Of a stretch of 64,000 bases of DNA, positions 22,989 through 32,313 are shown one piece after another. Source of the stretch: Candidatus Omnitrophota bacterium (lineage in GTDB: Bacteria; Omnitrophota; Gorgyraeia; Zapsychrales; Zapsychraceae); contig DATDQB010000024.1 in assembly GCA_035292445.1 (NCBI GenBank), positions 267 through 64,266 of the forward strand. The letters are read 5' to 3'. The notes under the pieces were generated by a model, which saw nothing but the letters and a program-made list of their open reading frames with translations, did not search any database and was not told the DNA's origin. The position numbers and the translations under genes are program-made. Each line of letters begins with the position of its first letter. Position 1 is the stretch's first letter.

Positions 22989-24464
22989 ATGAATATCAAA
23001 GGCAGTCATTTTATCATCGCTTCTTTCAATGAGGAGACGCTGAAAGTCGCCGAGATCAAAGGCTTAGGCACCTCCACCCGCATCACCAACGTGACTGAAC
23101 AGAACGTCAAAGGGGTCACGGCAGAGGAATTGCCGGGGCTTATCCAAAAGGCGTTTTTGCATTTTAAGGCCAAGCAGGCCAGCCTGCTCTACTCTATCGC
23201 GCCCACTATGCTCACGACGAAAAATATCGAGATCCCCTCGGTGAATCCCGAAGAGATCAAGTCGATCGTCAATCTCCAGGCTAGCCGCCACACGCCCTTT
23301 ACCAGGGAAGAGATCCAGATCGGTTATATCAATATCGGCGTTTATAAGAAAAATTATTCCAAGGTCCTTTTGATCATCGCCAATAAGAATGTCCTGAAGG
23401 ACCAACTCTTGACTTTCCAAAAGGCCGGGTTGAATTTTAAGAATGTTTTGTTCCCCGCGGAGGCCATCGCCGCCTTCTATGCCAGGATCCTCAAGCAAAA
23501 AGCGAAGGCAGCACCGGAGGCCGTCATTGACATTGGCAGAAACTCGACGGAATTTATCGTGATCCATAAGGGCCAGGCGATCACCACCCGCAGCATTCCC
23601 GTGGGCAAATCCCAGCTCAACAAAGAAGGCATGGGCGCCCAGACACGGCTCATCGGGGAGCTGAACCAAACCATCGAATCCTATCAGACCGAAGACATTG
23701 AGGTGCTGCCCGCCCGCTATGTTTTGACCAGCGATGATACGCAAACACAGAGTTTAAAATCCATGCTTAAGGAAAAACTGAACTGGAATGTCGACATCGT
23801 CCCCTACATCGATCACGTGAAAGTCGCTAAGCCGCTTCTTAAGCGCATGGCGACCGAATTCAGCGAAACATCCTTTCTTGATCTGGCCGCCTCCGCCGCC
23901 ATGATCAAAGAGACCAAGGTCAGCTTGGTCCCGGAAGAACTCCAGTTTCAAAAATCGATCGAAGAACAAGGGAAGGAAGTCTTTAAAGCCGCGTTATTGA
24001 GCATCCTGCTTTTGATCCTGGTGGGAGCGGCCTTGGGGCTTAAAATTTATTACAAGAGCAGCTTCCTGCAAAAATTGAAAGATGACAATGCCGTCAACCG
24101 TCAGGCGGTCGAGAAACTGGAGACATTGTCCGAGAAGACAAAGATCGTCAAAAACTTTTTAGAAACACGGATGGACAGCTTGGACACCATCTATGAGCTT
24201 TACAGCCGTATTCCCGATGAGGTTTATTTGACCAGTATCGACATGGATGAATCCGGCAATGTGAGTATTCAGGGCGTCTCCGATGTGGCTTCCATCGTTT
24301 TTAATTTAGGGACATCGCTCAAGGAGTCGGCGTTCTTTAAAAGCGTCGATATTAAATCAACGACATCAAAGAAAGACCGCGGCAAGGATGTTTCGGCTTT
24401 TGAGATCACGTTGACGATCCACTCGAGTCCGTCGGCCAATGAGCCGGCAGAACCAAAGGAGTAA
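22989..24464 (+). CDS. PilM-PilN (GspL-like) fusion assembly protein
   Basis: Actin-like fold motif AVIDIGRNSTEFIV..RSIPVG, SLVPEE followed by one TM, periplasmic IPDEVYLTSI...IQGVS. Confidence 0.82.
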   Translation: MNIKGSHFIIASFNEETLKVAEIKGLGTSTRITNVTEQNVKGVTAEELPGLIQKAFLHFKAKQASLLYSIAPTMLTTKNIEIPSVNPEEIKSIVNLQASRHTPFTREEIQIGYINIGVYKKNYSKVLLIIANKNVLKDQLLTFQKAGLNFKNVLFPAEAIAAFYARILKQKAKAAPEAVIDIGRNSTEFIVIHKGQAITTRSIPVGKSQLNKEGMGAQTRLIGELNQTIESYQTEDIEVLPARYVLTSDDTQTQSLKSMLKEKLNWNVDIVPYIDHVKVAKPLLKRMATEFSETSFLDLAASAAMIKETKVSLVPEELQFQKSIEEQGKEVFKAALLSILLLILVGAALGLKIYYKSSFLQKLKDDNAVNRQAVEKLETLSEKTKIVKNFLETRMDSLDTIYELYSRIPDEVYLTSIDMDESGNVSIQGVSDVASIVFNLGTSLKESAFFKSVDIKSTTSKKDRGKDVSAFEITLTIHSSPSANEPAEPKE

Positions 24465-24468
24465 TGCG

Positions 24469-25017
24469 TTGATCCAAAAGTTTGTATCAGGTTTATCGGA
24501 AAAAGAACGGAAAGTCTTCTACATCACCGTCTTGTTTGTTTCCTTGGCTTTGTTCGATCGGTTGTTTATCGGGCCTGTTCTCTCGCACCTGGAGCGGCTG
24601 GATCTGGAGATCGAGAAGCAGAAAGTGGATATTCTTCGGGACCGCCGGTTCCTTGCCTATCAGGACCGTATAAAAAAAGAAAGCGAGATTTTCAGCAAAT
24701 ATTTTTCCGCAGCCGTTCCGGATGACGACGTCGTTAACGCGCAGTTCTTGAGTTTGATCGAAAAATTGGCCACCCTCGGCAAGGTCAGCCTTATCAAAAG
24801 CAACCCTTCCCACACCAACAAACAGGAATTGTTCAACGAATATTTCGCCAGCGTTGACTGCAACGGAAATCTGGAAGACGTCATCTCCTTCATGCATACG
24901 ATCAACACGACCGAAGAACTTCTGAAAGTCACCAAGTTTAACATGTCGCCCCGGCGCGGTGGAAGTGAGAACGAAGTGAAGGTGTCCATGTCCGTCGTCA
25001 AATTGATCTCTCATTAG
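24469..25017 (+). CDS. PilO/GspM-like protein
   Basis: LSEKER plus TM, coiled coil, GNLEDVISFMHTI; likely TTG start at 24469 after AAGGAG. Confidence 0.75.
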   Translation: MIQKFVSGLSEKERKVFYITVLFVSLALFDRLFIGPVLSHLERLDLEIEKQKVDILRDRRFLAYQDRIKKESEIFSKYFSAAVPDDDVVNAQFLSLIEKLATLGKVSLIKSNPSHTNKQELFNEYFASVDCNGNLEDVISFMHTINTTEELLKVTKFNMSPRRGGSENEVKVSMSVVKLISH

Positions 25018-25046
25018 TCTCGTTCTTATCAGGGCCTCGAATACAA

Positions 25047-25907
25047 ATGATCAAGCGTTTATTTATTACGAGCACGCTTTTTTGTCTTATTTCCCTCGAT
25101 GCAGCTTTGGCCAATCCTATCCAGGATAAATACGGCGAGGCCATGGCCGCCTTAAGGAACCAGGAATACCAAAAAGCGGTTGAGCTTTTCGAGGAAACGC
25201 TAAAGCTGAATTCCCGATTCGCCCAGCCTTATAATTTTATAGCCATGGCCAAAAAAGAGCTTAGGGCCGACCCGAAAGAGGTCATCGAGCTTTTGAAAAA
25301 ATCCATCGACATTGACCCCAATTTTGCGCTGGCCCATGACAATCTGGGAAAGATGTATTACGGCGAAGGCGAGTTTCAGTTGGCCAAAGAACACGCCCAA
25401 AAGGCCGTTGACTTGGACCCCGCCTTGGTAACGGCGCGTTTGTCCCTGGCGTGGATATGTTTGTTGGGTATGGGGGAAACGGGGGAAGCGATCGAGCAAT
25501 TTGAGGAAGCCATCGCCATTCAAAAGACCGATTACGGGCAGTTCGGGCTGGGCATGGCTTATTTTATGGACCACCAGCGCGGCAAAGTGTTGGAGATGAT
25601 CACCGGTCTTCGCCTGGAGGGGAACGAAAAGTTGGCGACGGATCTGGAAAAGATGATCAGGGAAGGCCACTATTTGCCTCCCAAAGGCCTTCAATCGGTA
25701 TTGGCCCCGCGAACGGCCGCAAAAGAAGAAGAGGCGCCTGCCGAGGAACCCGCTATAGAGAATATCAAGTATCCTGTCCGTTTAAGCGGCCGGCTGGATG
25801 AGAGCCAGTCATCGATGGCGGCAGAACCGGCCCCGAATGCGATGACGGCCGCCGAGCGCATCCGCCAGCTTCAGCGAAATTATATAGATCAAGGCCCTGG
25901 TTATTGA
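25047..25907 (+). CDS. Exported TPR-repeat protein
   Basis: Signal peptide (ALA-N); TPR motifs such as IDPNFALAHDNLGKMYY and KAVDLDP. Confidence 0.85.
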   Translation: MIKRLFITSTLFCLISLDAALANPIQDKYGEAMAALRNQEYQKAVELFEETLKLNSRFAQPYNFIAMAKKELRADPKEVIELLKKSIDIDPNFALAHDNLGKMYYGEGEFQLAKEHAQKAVDLDPALVTARLSLAWICLLGMGETGEAIEQFEEAIAIQKTDYGQFGLGMAYFMDHQRGKVLEMITGLRLEGNEKLATDLEKMIREGHYLPPKGLQSVLAPRTAAKEEEAPAEEPAIENIKYPVRLSGRLDESQSSMAAEPAPNAMTAAERIRQLQRNYIDQGPGY

Positions 25908-28393
25908 AGCCCCTGCCAATCCACTTCGAACACGTAAATGTCGGTCCGGCCCGTCAGGTCGCGCTCATGCACGAAAGGTTTGATGGATTTGAGCCCCTTT
26001 CCTTCAAAGAAATATAATTTGACCAGAAGCGATTGGGCAAGGGGCCTGTCCATGAGGACAACGCCTTTGGTGCCGTTCTTCTCAAACAAAACGGCACTGT
26101 AGGGCAAGCTCGCCATGGGAAGCTTTTGTTCAATGACCTCATCATTTTTAAGGTAGAAAATGCTTTGCGGGATGCCGGTCCCGAATTGGGGGGAACCGAC
26201 GCGGCAGAGCATGGATGCCTCATCCACCGTCACATTTTCCTCGAAGAGAAACTGGTTGCCCACTTTGCCCAGCGAGGCGAGCACCCCGCTGTATTTATAC
26301 GGCCCGCCCGCCAATTTCCACAAAAACTGAATAAACTCCGGTGAACGCGCCGGAGGGACGGCCTTCAGCCGCGCAGGGTCCTGGTTAATGGCTTCGATCC
26401 CCTTGAAGTTCCACCCGGCGATAAATTTTAACTGCAGGTTATTTTCCACGAACTCATTATAGACTAGGATATAGCTCGGCGGCGGCGTGGCGTGGGTCAT
26501 GGCCAATAATCGGTTCGTTAGTTGGTAATTTTTGAACGTTTCAAGAAGGATGCCATGGGCCTCATCCCGCGGGCGAAGGGTGATATCTTTGACAGCCAGC
26601 ACCGCGGTTGCCAAATCCAAGCCTATCGCCTGGAACTGCTCGACAGCCTCGTTGCCGCTGGTATTTAACATTCGTAATATCCCGAAGGCTTCTTTCTCGC
26701 TCGGGCTTAAAAAGAAGGTGGTTATCCAGTACCCCTGGGGAACGCCGATGGACGCACCGTCAAAAGTCACCCGGCGTTTGGCGATGGCCTTGATGAAATG
26801 CCCTGGCGGCCACCAGGTGTTGACGATCGCCTCCGCCGGCGTTTTATCGCGGATCGCCACCAGCGCCTTTTCCCACGTCTGGTTAAAAATAGGGTTTAAC
26901 AGCGTTTGGACCGAACGGTTGAGCCAGCGCACGGGGATAAAAACCGTTGAAAGAAGGGCCAGTACCATGATTCCTTTGGCGATATTCAAAGGAAAATTTT
27001 TGTGAGGCATTCTGGTTAAAAGCCATGAGGCTCCTTGCCAGAGGGCCAGGACACCCAGCGCAAAGCCGAGAGAGAAGGGGATGTGGGATAACGTCACAAA
27101 ACGCTGGGCCCGCAGGGAAACGATGAGCGAAATGAGGGCATAGAGCATCAACGATATCCCTATTTCCTTTTCTCGTCGATAGGCGGGGGAGATGGAAAAT
27201 AGGAACCCAAGCAGGCAGACGCCCATGAAGAAAGGGCCGCCTAATTGCTCGGTAAGAAACGGCCAGCCGGATTCTTTTAACTCGCTCACACCGATATAAA
27301 GGTTCGGCCAGGCGGACAGCTGCGGATGGAGAAATAGGTTCAAAGCGTTCCAGCCCTCCCGGAATAAGACAAAGAATTCTTTTGTTCCAAAGAGCATAGC
27401 GATACCGACGATCGTTCCAAAGACCGGTATGAGAAAATAGGCCTGTTCTTTTGACCAGAAAGGTTTTTTAAGGGCAATATGTCGATAGGCCAAGATGAAT
27501 CCCATACTGGCGGCCACCACGCAAAAGATAAAGATCCATCCTTGCCAAAAATAGGAATAAAGGAGGATGCTTAACAGGGTTAAAAGGGAGAATGTTGCGG
27601 CCTTGTTCTTGGCGATCAACGGTCCGACGCTGTTTAAGAAAAAATACATGATGAGCAAGGGGAACAGGAATGTGTAGGGGTCATTATCGTACCAGGCGAA
27701 CATGCTGCGCTTGACGAAAATGGGGGATAAAAGAAAGAAAGTTGAGGCAACGAAGGTGCAAAGAGGGTTTAACCCCAGAAAAAAACAAAAAAGGATAAAG
27801 ACGATAAGGGTCATGGCGACCAGGACCAGCGGGGTGTAGCTGATGGCGTGCATGAGATCGATGGAGGGGCTCACGATCTTTAAAATGCGGTAGACAAAGG
27901 CGCCGACATAGGGATGAAGCGTCAAGGGTTCCCATTGCCCCTGCGGCGCCTGCATCAGAGGATGGAAATATTTACTCCCCCTTATTTGATCGCTGATCTT
28001 TCCGGTGGATAGAATATGTTCGGTCAATCCGTAATAGTAGTAACCATCCGATGCCAGAAGGTAAGGGGTGGCCCGGCCTTCCTTAATATGAGAGCCGAGT
28101 TCATGGCTAAAGCGGTCGATTGCTTCGCGCACGCTAGATCCCCTCTCGTGAAGATGTTCATCAAAAAGTTTCCTCGCCAAGATCTTTTTCTGCAGTGCAT
28201 CCAATTGCGGGAATTTCTGCTCAACCTGCTGGGTGATGTTTTGCTTGATCTGGGCGATGACGTAAACGCTGGCCAGGTCTTGGGCGCCGGAGCTTGTGTA
28301 AGTCAAAAGAGGATATAATCGAAAATACAACCCGAGCGCGAGGCTTATTAAATAAACAAGGACGTAGGGCAAAAGGCGGGAAATCTTATTCAC
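25901..28393 (-). CDS. STT3/PglB/AglB-family oligosaccharyltransferase-like protein
   Basis: About 13 TM segments; ASDGYYY, WYDND (DxD), GVSEL, then NTWWPPGHFI...RRVTFDG at the WWDYG position. Confidence 0.85.
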   Translation of the reverse strand: MNKISRLLPYVLVYLISLALGLYFRLYPLLTYTSSGAQDLASVYVIAQIKQNITQQVEQKFPQLDALQKKILARKLFDEHLHERGSSVREAIDRFSHELGSHIKEGRATPYLLASDGYYYYGLTEHILSTGKISDQIRGSKYFHPLMQAPQGQWEPLTLHPYVGAFVYRILKIVSPSIDLMHAISYTPLVLVAMTLIVFILFCFFLGLNPLCTFVASTFFLLSPIFVKRSMFAWYDNDPYTFLFPLLIMYFFLNSVGPLIAKNKAATFSLLTLLSILLYSYFWQGWIFIFCVVAASMGFILAYRHIALKKPFWSKEQAYFLIPVFGTIVGIAMLFGTKEFFVLFREGWNALNLFLHPQLSAWPNLYIGVSELKESGWPFLTEQLGGPFFMGVCLLGFLFSISPAYRREKEIGISLMLYALISLIVSLRAQRFVTLSHIPFSLGFALGVLALWQGASWLLTRMPHKNFPLNIAKGIMVLALLSTVFIPVRWLNRSVQTLLNPIFNQTWEKALVAIRDKTPAEAIVNTWWPPGHFIKAIAKRRVTFDGASIGVPQGYWITTFFLSPSEKEAFGILRMLNTSGNEAVEQFQAIGLDLATAVLAVKDITLRPRDEAHGILLETFKNYQLTNRLLAMTHATPPPSYILVYNEFVENNLQLKFIAGWNFKGIEAINQDPARLKAVPPARSPEFIQFLWKLAGGPYKYSGVLASLGKVGNQFLFEENVTVDEASMLCRVGSPQFGTGIPQSIFYLKNDEVIEQKLPMASLPYSAVLFEKNGTKGVVLMDRPLAQSLLVKLYFFEGKGLKSIKPFVHERDLTGRTDIYVFEVDWQGLQ

Positions 28394-28526
28394 GATGAAG
28401 ATTATACTCTATTTCAAAAAATCCAAATAAAGTTTTTTGATTTTGTTGGGTGCAAAGACGTTGGCAGGGCATCAGCTCCTTGATTTATCTTGTCGCTGCG
28501 TTGGCTTTCAAGTAGAATAGGGGCAT

Positions 28527-29084
28527 ATGAGCAAATTGAAAAGGCTAAGAAGGCTAAGAGTACTTATCAGGTACGGCCCCAATTTAGGCATTTTTCTTCT
28601 GTTAATTCTTCTTTTGATCGGGTTTGTCATTAAGAAAGACCCCCTTCATTACGTGAACCGAAAATATCATTACGCTGTCCAATTCCCGCAGGGATGGGTC
28701 AAAGGTTATGAAAATAAACAGGCCGTCTCCTACCACAGTGAAGAGATCATGCCGATCGCGCAAGAGCCGCATGCCGCGACGGTATTCGTCGTCAATGACA
28801 GGATGGACGGCAAGGATTTGACGGGCCATTTTGACGTGATCGTTGCGGACTTATTGGGCCAGGGCGTGCAAATATTGAATGAAGGGACGGCCGCCGTTGA
28901 TCTGGAAGAAGCGCGGTGGGTGGAATTTCGCGACGCCAACGGCTTGAATAACCACATTTGGTATATTTTCTTTATTGATGAGGAGCGGTTCATGATCATC
29001 CAGAACCGCATCTCTGTCTTGCATGTGGACAAATATAATGACGATATCGGCTATATCATCGATAACTTTTATTTCAGGCGCTAA
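28527..29084 (+). CDS. Membrane-anchored PsbP/DcrB-like protein
   Basis: N-terminal TM; YVNRKYHYAVQFPQGW motif similar to 46914..47474. Confidence 0.55.
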   Translation: MSKLKRLRRLRVLIRYGPNLGIFLLLILLLIGFVIKKDPLHYVNRKYHYAVQFPQGWVKGYENKQAVSYHSEEIMPIAQEPHAATVFVVNDRMDGKDLTGHFDVIVADLLGQGVQILNEGTAAVDLEEARWVEFRDANGLNNHIWYIFFIDEERFMIIQNRISVLHVDKYNDDIGYIIDNFYFRR

Positions 29085-29097
29085 AGGCAGACAATAG

Positions 29098-29502
29098 ATG
29101 ATAGGCGATAAACATCCGATCATTTTTTTTGACGGCATATGCGGGCTGTGTAACCGTTTTGTCGATTGGGTCATCAAAAGGGACCGTCAAAACATTTATT
29201 TTTTTGCGCCTATCCAAGGAGAGACCGCCAAAAGGTTTCTGACGCTCCTTCCGGAAGACATCAGCCAGTGGTCGATTATTTTTATTGACCATGAAGGCGT
29301 CCACCAGCGCTCAACGGCGGTGCTACGGATCTTGATCGGCCTGGGCGGATGTTGGAAAGCCATGAAAATTTTTATGCCGATGCCTATGGGTTGGCGGGAT
29401 GCTGCGTATAATTTCATTGCGCGCCGGCGCTACCGTTGGTTCGGAAAACGGGATTCCTGCCGCCTTCCTTCCGTTGAGGAGAAAGAACGGTTCCTCCCCT
29501 GA
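29098..29502 (+). CDS. DCC-family thiol-disulfide oxidoreductase
   Basis: FFDGICGLCN, FAPIQG, RDAAYNFIARRRYRWFG. Confidence 0.9.
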   Translation: MIGDKHPIIFFDGICGLCNRFVDWVIKRDRQNIYFFAPIQGETAKRFLTLLPEDISQWSIIFIDHEGVHQRSTAVLRILIGLGGCWKAMKIFMPMPMGWRDAAYNFIARRRYRWFGKRDSCRLPSVEEKERFLP

Positions 29503-29505
29503 TAT

Positions 29506-29820
29506 TTGTCCTAGTTTGTCCTATATTGTCCTAGTAGCTATAAAATGAGGCTTTTTTTTAACATGTTGAGAGAATTAAACACGTTTTTTAACGTATCAAA
29601 ACACATTATTAAAAGAAAGTTCTCTCCGCACCAGTATGCTCAACACAACTTATTTCAAATGAATAGGTTATGTAGTTTTGTAATATAAGGGAATTTTTAA
29701 GGTGTTTTGGCATGGTTTTTGCTTATTATTGGCTTAGAAATAGGTACATTTAAGTTGTCATATTGTGTCCTATTATGTCCTATTATGTCATATTGACAGA
29801 AAATAAGTGTTGTCCTAATA
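29506..29820 (+). repeat. Phased TGTC(C/A)TA direct repeats, 10-bp period, two arrays
   Basis: Three copies at 29507/29517/29527, four at 29756/29766/29776/29786, one at 29811. Confidence 0.8.
29708..29723 (+). promoter_or_regulatory. Sigma54 -24/-12 promoter
   Basis: TGGCATGGTTTTTGCT matches TGGCAC-N5-TTGCW with correct GG-N10-GC spacing, upstream of a PEP-CTERM gene. Confidence 0.75.
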
Positions 29821-29861
29821 TTTGATTCAATTCGTTCTATTAAAACAGGGAGAAGAAAAAA

Positions 29862-30578
29862 ATGAAAAAATTTATTTTATCAGTAATTGCTTTAACCGCT
29901 TGCCTTATTAGTTGGTCAACAAACGCACAAGCTGTGCAATATGATCTATCGCTTGTAACCGATTCGGACACTGATGGAACGGCTATTTTTACGCGTTTCG
30001 CTGAAGGCGGTCAAGGAACGGGCAATTTTGATTCATTTTTACGCGTCCAAGATACCCCACAGGAAGAAGGCTATAATACAGATGGAACGGTAGAATTCGA
30101 TACTAAAGATGATCCGCATACACATTCGATTGAGATCAGCGACATTCCGATCATTGATATTCTCGGCACTGATTATTATGAATTTGTGTTGGACGCTGCT
30201 GAGCCAGCTGGCAATACATTAGAGGTAACGGTTCTTGAAATCTATCTTCTGGGAGCTCCGAATATTACTGATTATGCAACTTGGAGCTCATTAAATACTC
30301 CAAAATATGAGCTAGCTAGCGGCGATTCAATCTTAATTGATAACATCACAGGAAATGGCGTTGCCGATTTATTCGTGTACGTCCCGACCAGCTTATTTAC
30401 TGGTACTAATACTTGGGTATATCTTTATACCGAAATGATTGTCACAGCAGGCTCGTTCGAAGAATGGGGCAGAAGGACTGGTATCGGTGATGTTCCGCCA
30501 GTCATTCCTGAACCGATGAGCATGATCCTTTTTGGAACCGGTTTAGTCGGGATTATAGTCAGAAAAAAGCTTTCATAA
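29862..30578 (+). CDS. PEP-CTERM sorting domain protein
   Basis: Signal peptide (AQA-V); C-terminal VIPEPMSMILFGTGLVGIIVRKK. Confidence 0.93.
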   Translation: MKKFILSVIALTACLISWSTNAQAVQYDLSLVTDSDTDGTAIFTRFAEGGQGTGNFDSFLRVQDTPQEEGYNTDGTVEFDTKDDPHTHSIEISDIPIIDILGTDYYEFVLDAAEPAGNTLEVTVLEIYLLGAPNITDYATWSSLNTPKYELASGDSILIDNITGNGVADLFVYVPTSLFTGTNTWVYLYTEMIVTAGSFEEWGRRTGIGDVPPVIPEPMSMILFGTGLVGIIVRKKLS

Positions 30579-30604
30579 CGATCGTTTAACCTACCGATCA
30601 GTTG

Positions 30605-30639
30605 AACCCCGCTGGGTATCGCGCCTAGCGGGGTTTTTT
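30605..30639 (+). terminator. Rho-independent terminator
   Basis: AACCCCGCTGGG-loop-CCTAGCGGGGTT followed by a T run. Confidence 0.85.
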
Positions 30640-30789
30640 GGTTCGACGCGCTCTTCGCTTCGCTCAGAGCTTGTCCCTCGACTCTGCTCGGGATCCTTCG
30701 AGGGATCCTGAGCTAGCCGAAGGACTCACCATAAATTATAGCGGCGAACCACCCTGAGCGAGGCTGCCATTGGCGGCCGAGTCGAAGGG
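30639..30789 (+). repeat. REP-like composite palindromic element, copy 1, with nested insert
   Basis: Blocks TGGTTCGAC...CTCACCAT...CCCTGAGC...GAGTCGAAGG shared with 41659-41751 and 54577-54665. Confidence 0.75.
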
Positions 30790-30866
30790 TTACTACCACT
30801 TTTTCTACATATCTTTTCAATAAAATCCTTTCAATGGTATACTAATGACAATTGAAAGGATTTTTT

Positions 30867-31595
30867 ATGTCCCTTAAGTTGTCTGATCAAAGAGGGCGGA
30901 TGGCCATCATGGCCCTGGTTGTGATCGCGCTGGTGGTGGTATTCATCAGTTTTATATCCAATAAGCTCCAGCAGGAAGTCACTCAAATAGAGTCGGATAG
31001 GAAGCAAGTCCCCATCAAGGCAGCCATTGTGCCCCAACCTTCCACCCAGCCGCCGAAAACAAACCTTACCGGTCAAGTGACCCGGAAAACCATGGTGGTG
31101 CGCGGCAATGATATGATGGAGCATTGGTTCTATCAGGACGGCCAGATCATTGCCAAACAACATGTATCCAATGCGGGCGTTATCGATACGGAAGGGACCA
31201 TGCCGGAAGGCAAAGTCAAATTCGAGGATTCTTACAAACAAACCTTTGGCGAGGAATTCTATAAAGACGGCGTGCGTAACGGTTATTCAACGACCTATTA
31301 TAAGACAGGGGAGCTTAAAGAGCGCGCGTTCTATTCCAAGGGGATGCTTGTAACCAAAACGGAATTTTATACCGATGGCCGTCCGCGTTTTGAGGTCGAT
31401 TATTCCGATTCCAGGAATCTTGAAGATAAAACGGAAGTTGGCGTTGGCAAACTGTATTGGTCCAATGGTTTTTTAAAGTATGAGTGGAACCTGACGAACC
31501 GGGACCCGATCGGGTTCAAGAAGTCCTATAATCAGGACGGGGCCCTGCGGCATGCCGTATATTTTGATGAATATAATAATATTGTTGAGCGGTAA
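30867..31595 (+). CDS. Membrane-anchored MORN-variant (YwqK-like) repeat protein
   Basis: N-terminal TM; YKDGVRNGYSTTYYKTGELK, FYTDG, YWSNG, YNQDG repeats. Start codon uncertain. Confidence 0.7.
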   Translation: MSLKLSDQRGRMAIMALVVIALVVVFISFISNKLQQEVTQIESDRKQVPIKAAIVPQPSTQPPKTNLTGQVTRKTMVVRGNDMMEHWFYQDGQIIAKQHVSNAGVIDTEGTMPEGKVKFEDSYKQTFGEEFYKDGVRNGYSTTYYKTGELKERAFYSKGMLVTKTEFYTDGRPRFEVDYSDSRNLEDKTEVGVGKLYWSNGFLKYEWNLTNRDPIGFKKSYNQDGALRHAVYFDEYNNIVER

Positions 31596-31668
31596 AATGG
31601 GCTTAAGGAAACGAAATTGGCTTTTTGGCACACGATATTCTATACTTAAAATGAGACGTAAAAAGCAA

Positions 31669-31813
31669 TTTGACGATAAGGGCAAACCAGGAGTAATCCT
31701 GGGACGCAAAACTATCCCGACGTTTTCTCAGAACGAATTAAGAGGAAGTCGGGACCCCGACCGAAGCGTCGGGGCAGGGTCCTTAAACAAGGATAGCCAG
31801 GTGCCGAATCAAA
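31669..31813 (+). ncRNA. Cyclic di-GMP-I (GEMM-I) riboswitch with a 60-nt insertion
   Basis: GGGCAAACC-AGGAGTAATCCT-GGGACGCAAAACTA[insert]CAGGGTCCTT..AAGGATAGCCAGGTGCCG; flanks TTTGA/TCAAA can pair as P1; lies in the 5' UTR of pilin genes. Confidence 0.8.
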
Positions 31814-31869
31814 TGTTAAGAAAGATCACATATGAGATGGCCTATTCTGTTTAAGAATAGGCTTTTTTT

Positions 31870-32289
31870 ATGGGTAATGATATGAAAAGGATCATGAAGA
31901 GAATCAGGCAAAGAAGTGGCGCTTCGATGGTCGAGGTCATGGTCGCGGTAGGCGTCATGGTCATCGTTTTTGCGGGGCTTCTGCAGGTATTCTTATACAG
32001 CTCGGTCCTTGGGGAGATGTCGGGCAATATTACAACCGCGGTCAGCGCGGCCCAAAGCCAGTTAGAGGAGATCCGCGGGCATGAATTTGATGACATCACG
32101 ACCGATTATGGCGTAAGCGGCACGCCCGGAGATACCTTTAGTGTGGGAATGAACGGCGGCGCGGGTGCGATCACTATTACATCTGTTGAGACAAATTTGT
32201 TGCAGGTTCAAGTGACGGTCAGCTGGACCGAGAAAAACGGCCGCGCGATGTCGACCAGCATGACCAGCTTGTTGGCTAAACGAAATTAA
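31870..32289 (+). CDS. Type IV minor pilin (PilV-like)
   Basis: RSG/ASMVEVMVAVGVMVI, VQVTVSWTE. Confidence 0.8.
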   Translation: MGNDMKRIMKRIRQRSGASMVEVMVAVGVMVIVFAGLLQVFLYSSVLGEMSGNITTAVSAAQSQLEEIRGHEFDDITTDYGVSGTPGDTFSVGMNGGAGAITITSVETNLLQVQVTVSWTEKNGRAMSTSMTSLLAKRN

Positions 32290-32313
32290 CGTATTGGACC
32301 AAAAGAGCCTATC

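Noticed and set aside
30867-31595. Toxin-antitoxin module (YwqK-like)
   Set aside because: No adjacent toxin; the repeat is a generic MORN variant on a membrane-anchored protein.
31626-31641. Possible sigma54 promoter TGGCACACGATATTCT
   Set aside because: Good -24 box but the -12 GC is TC; too weak to call.
31552-31854. 100-aa ORF upstream of the pilins
   Set aside because: Overlaps the riboswitch and hairpins; no protein features.
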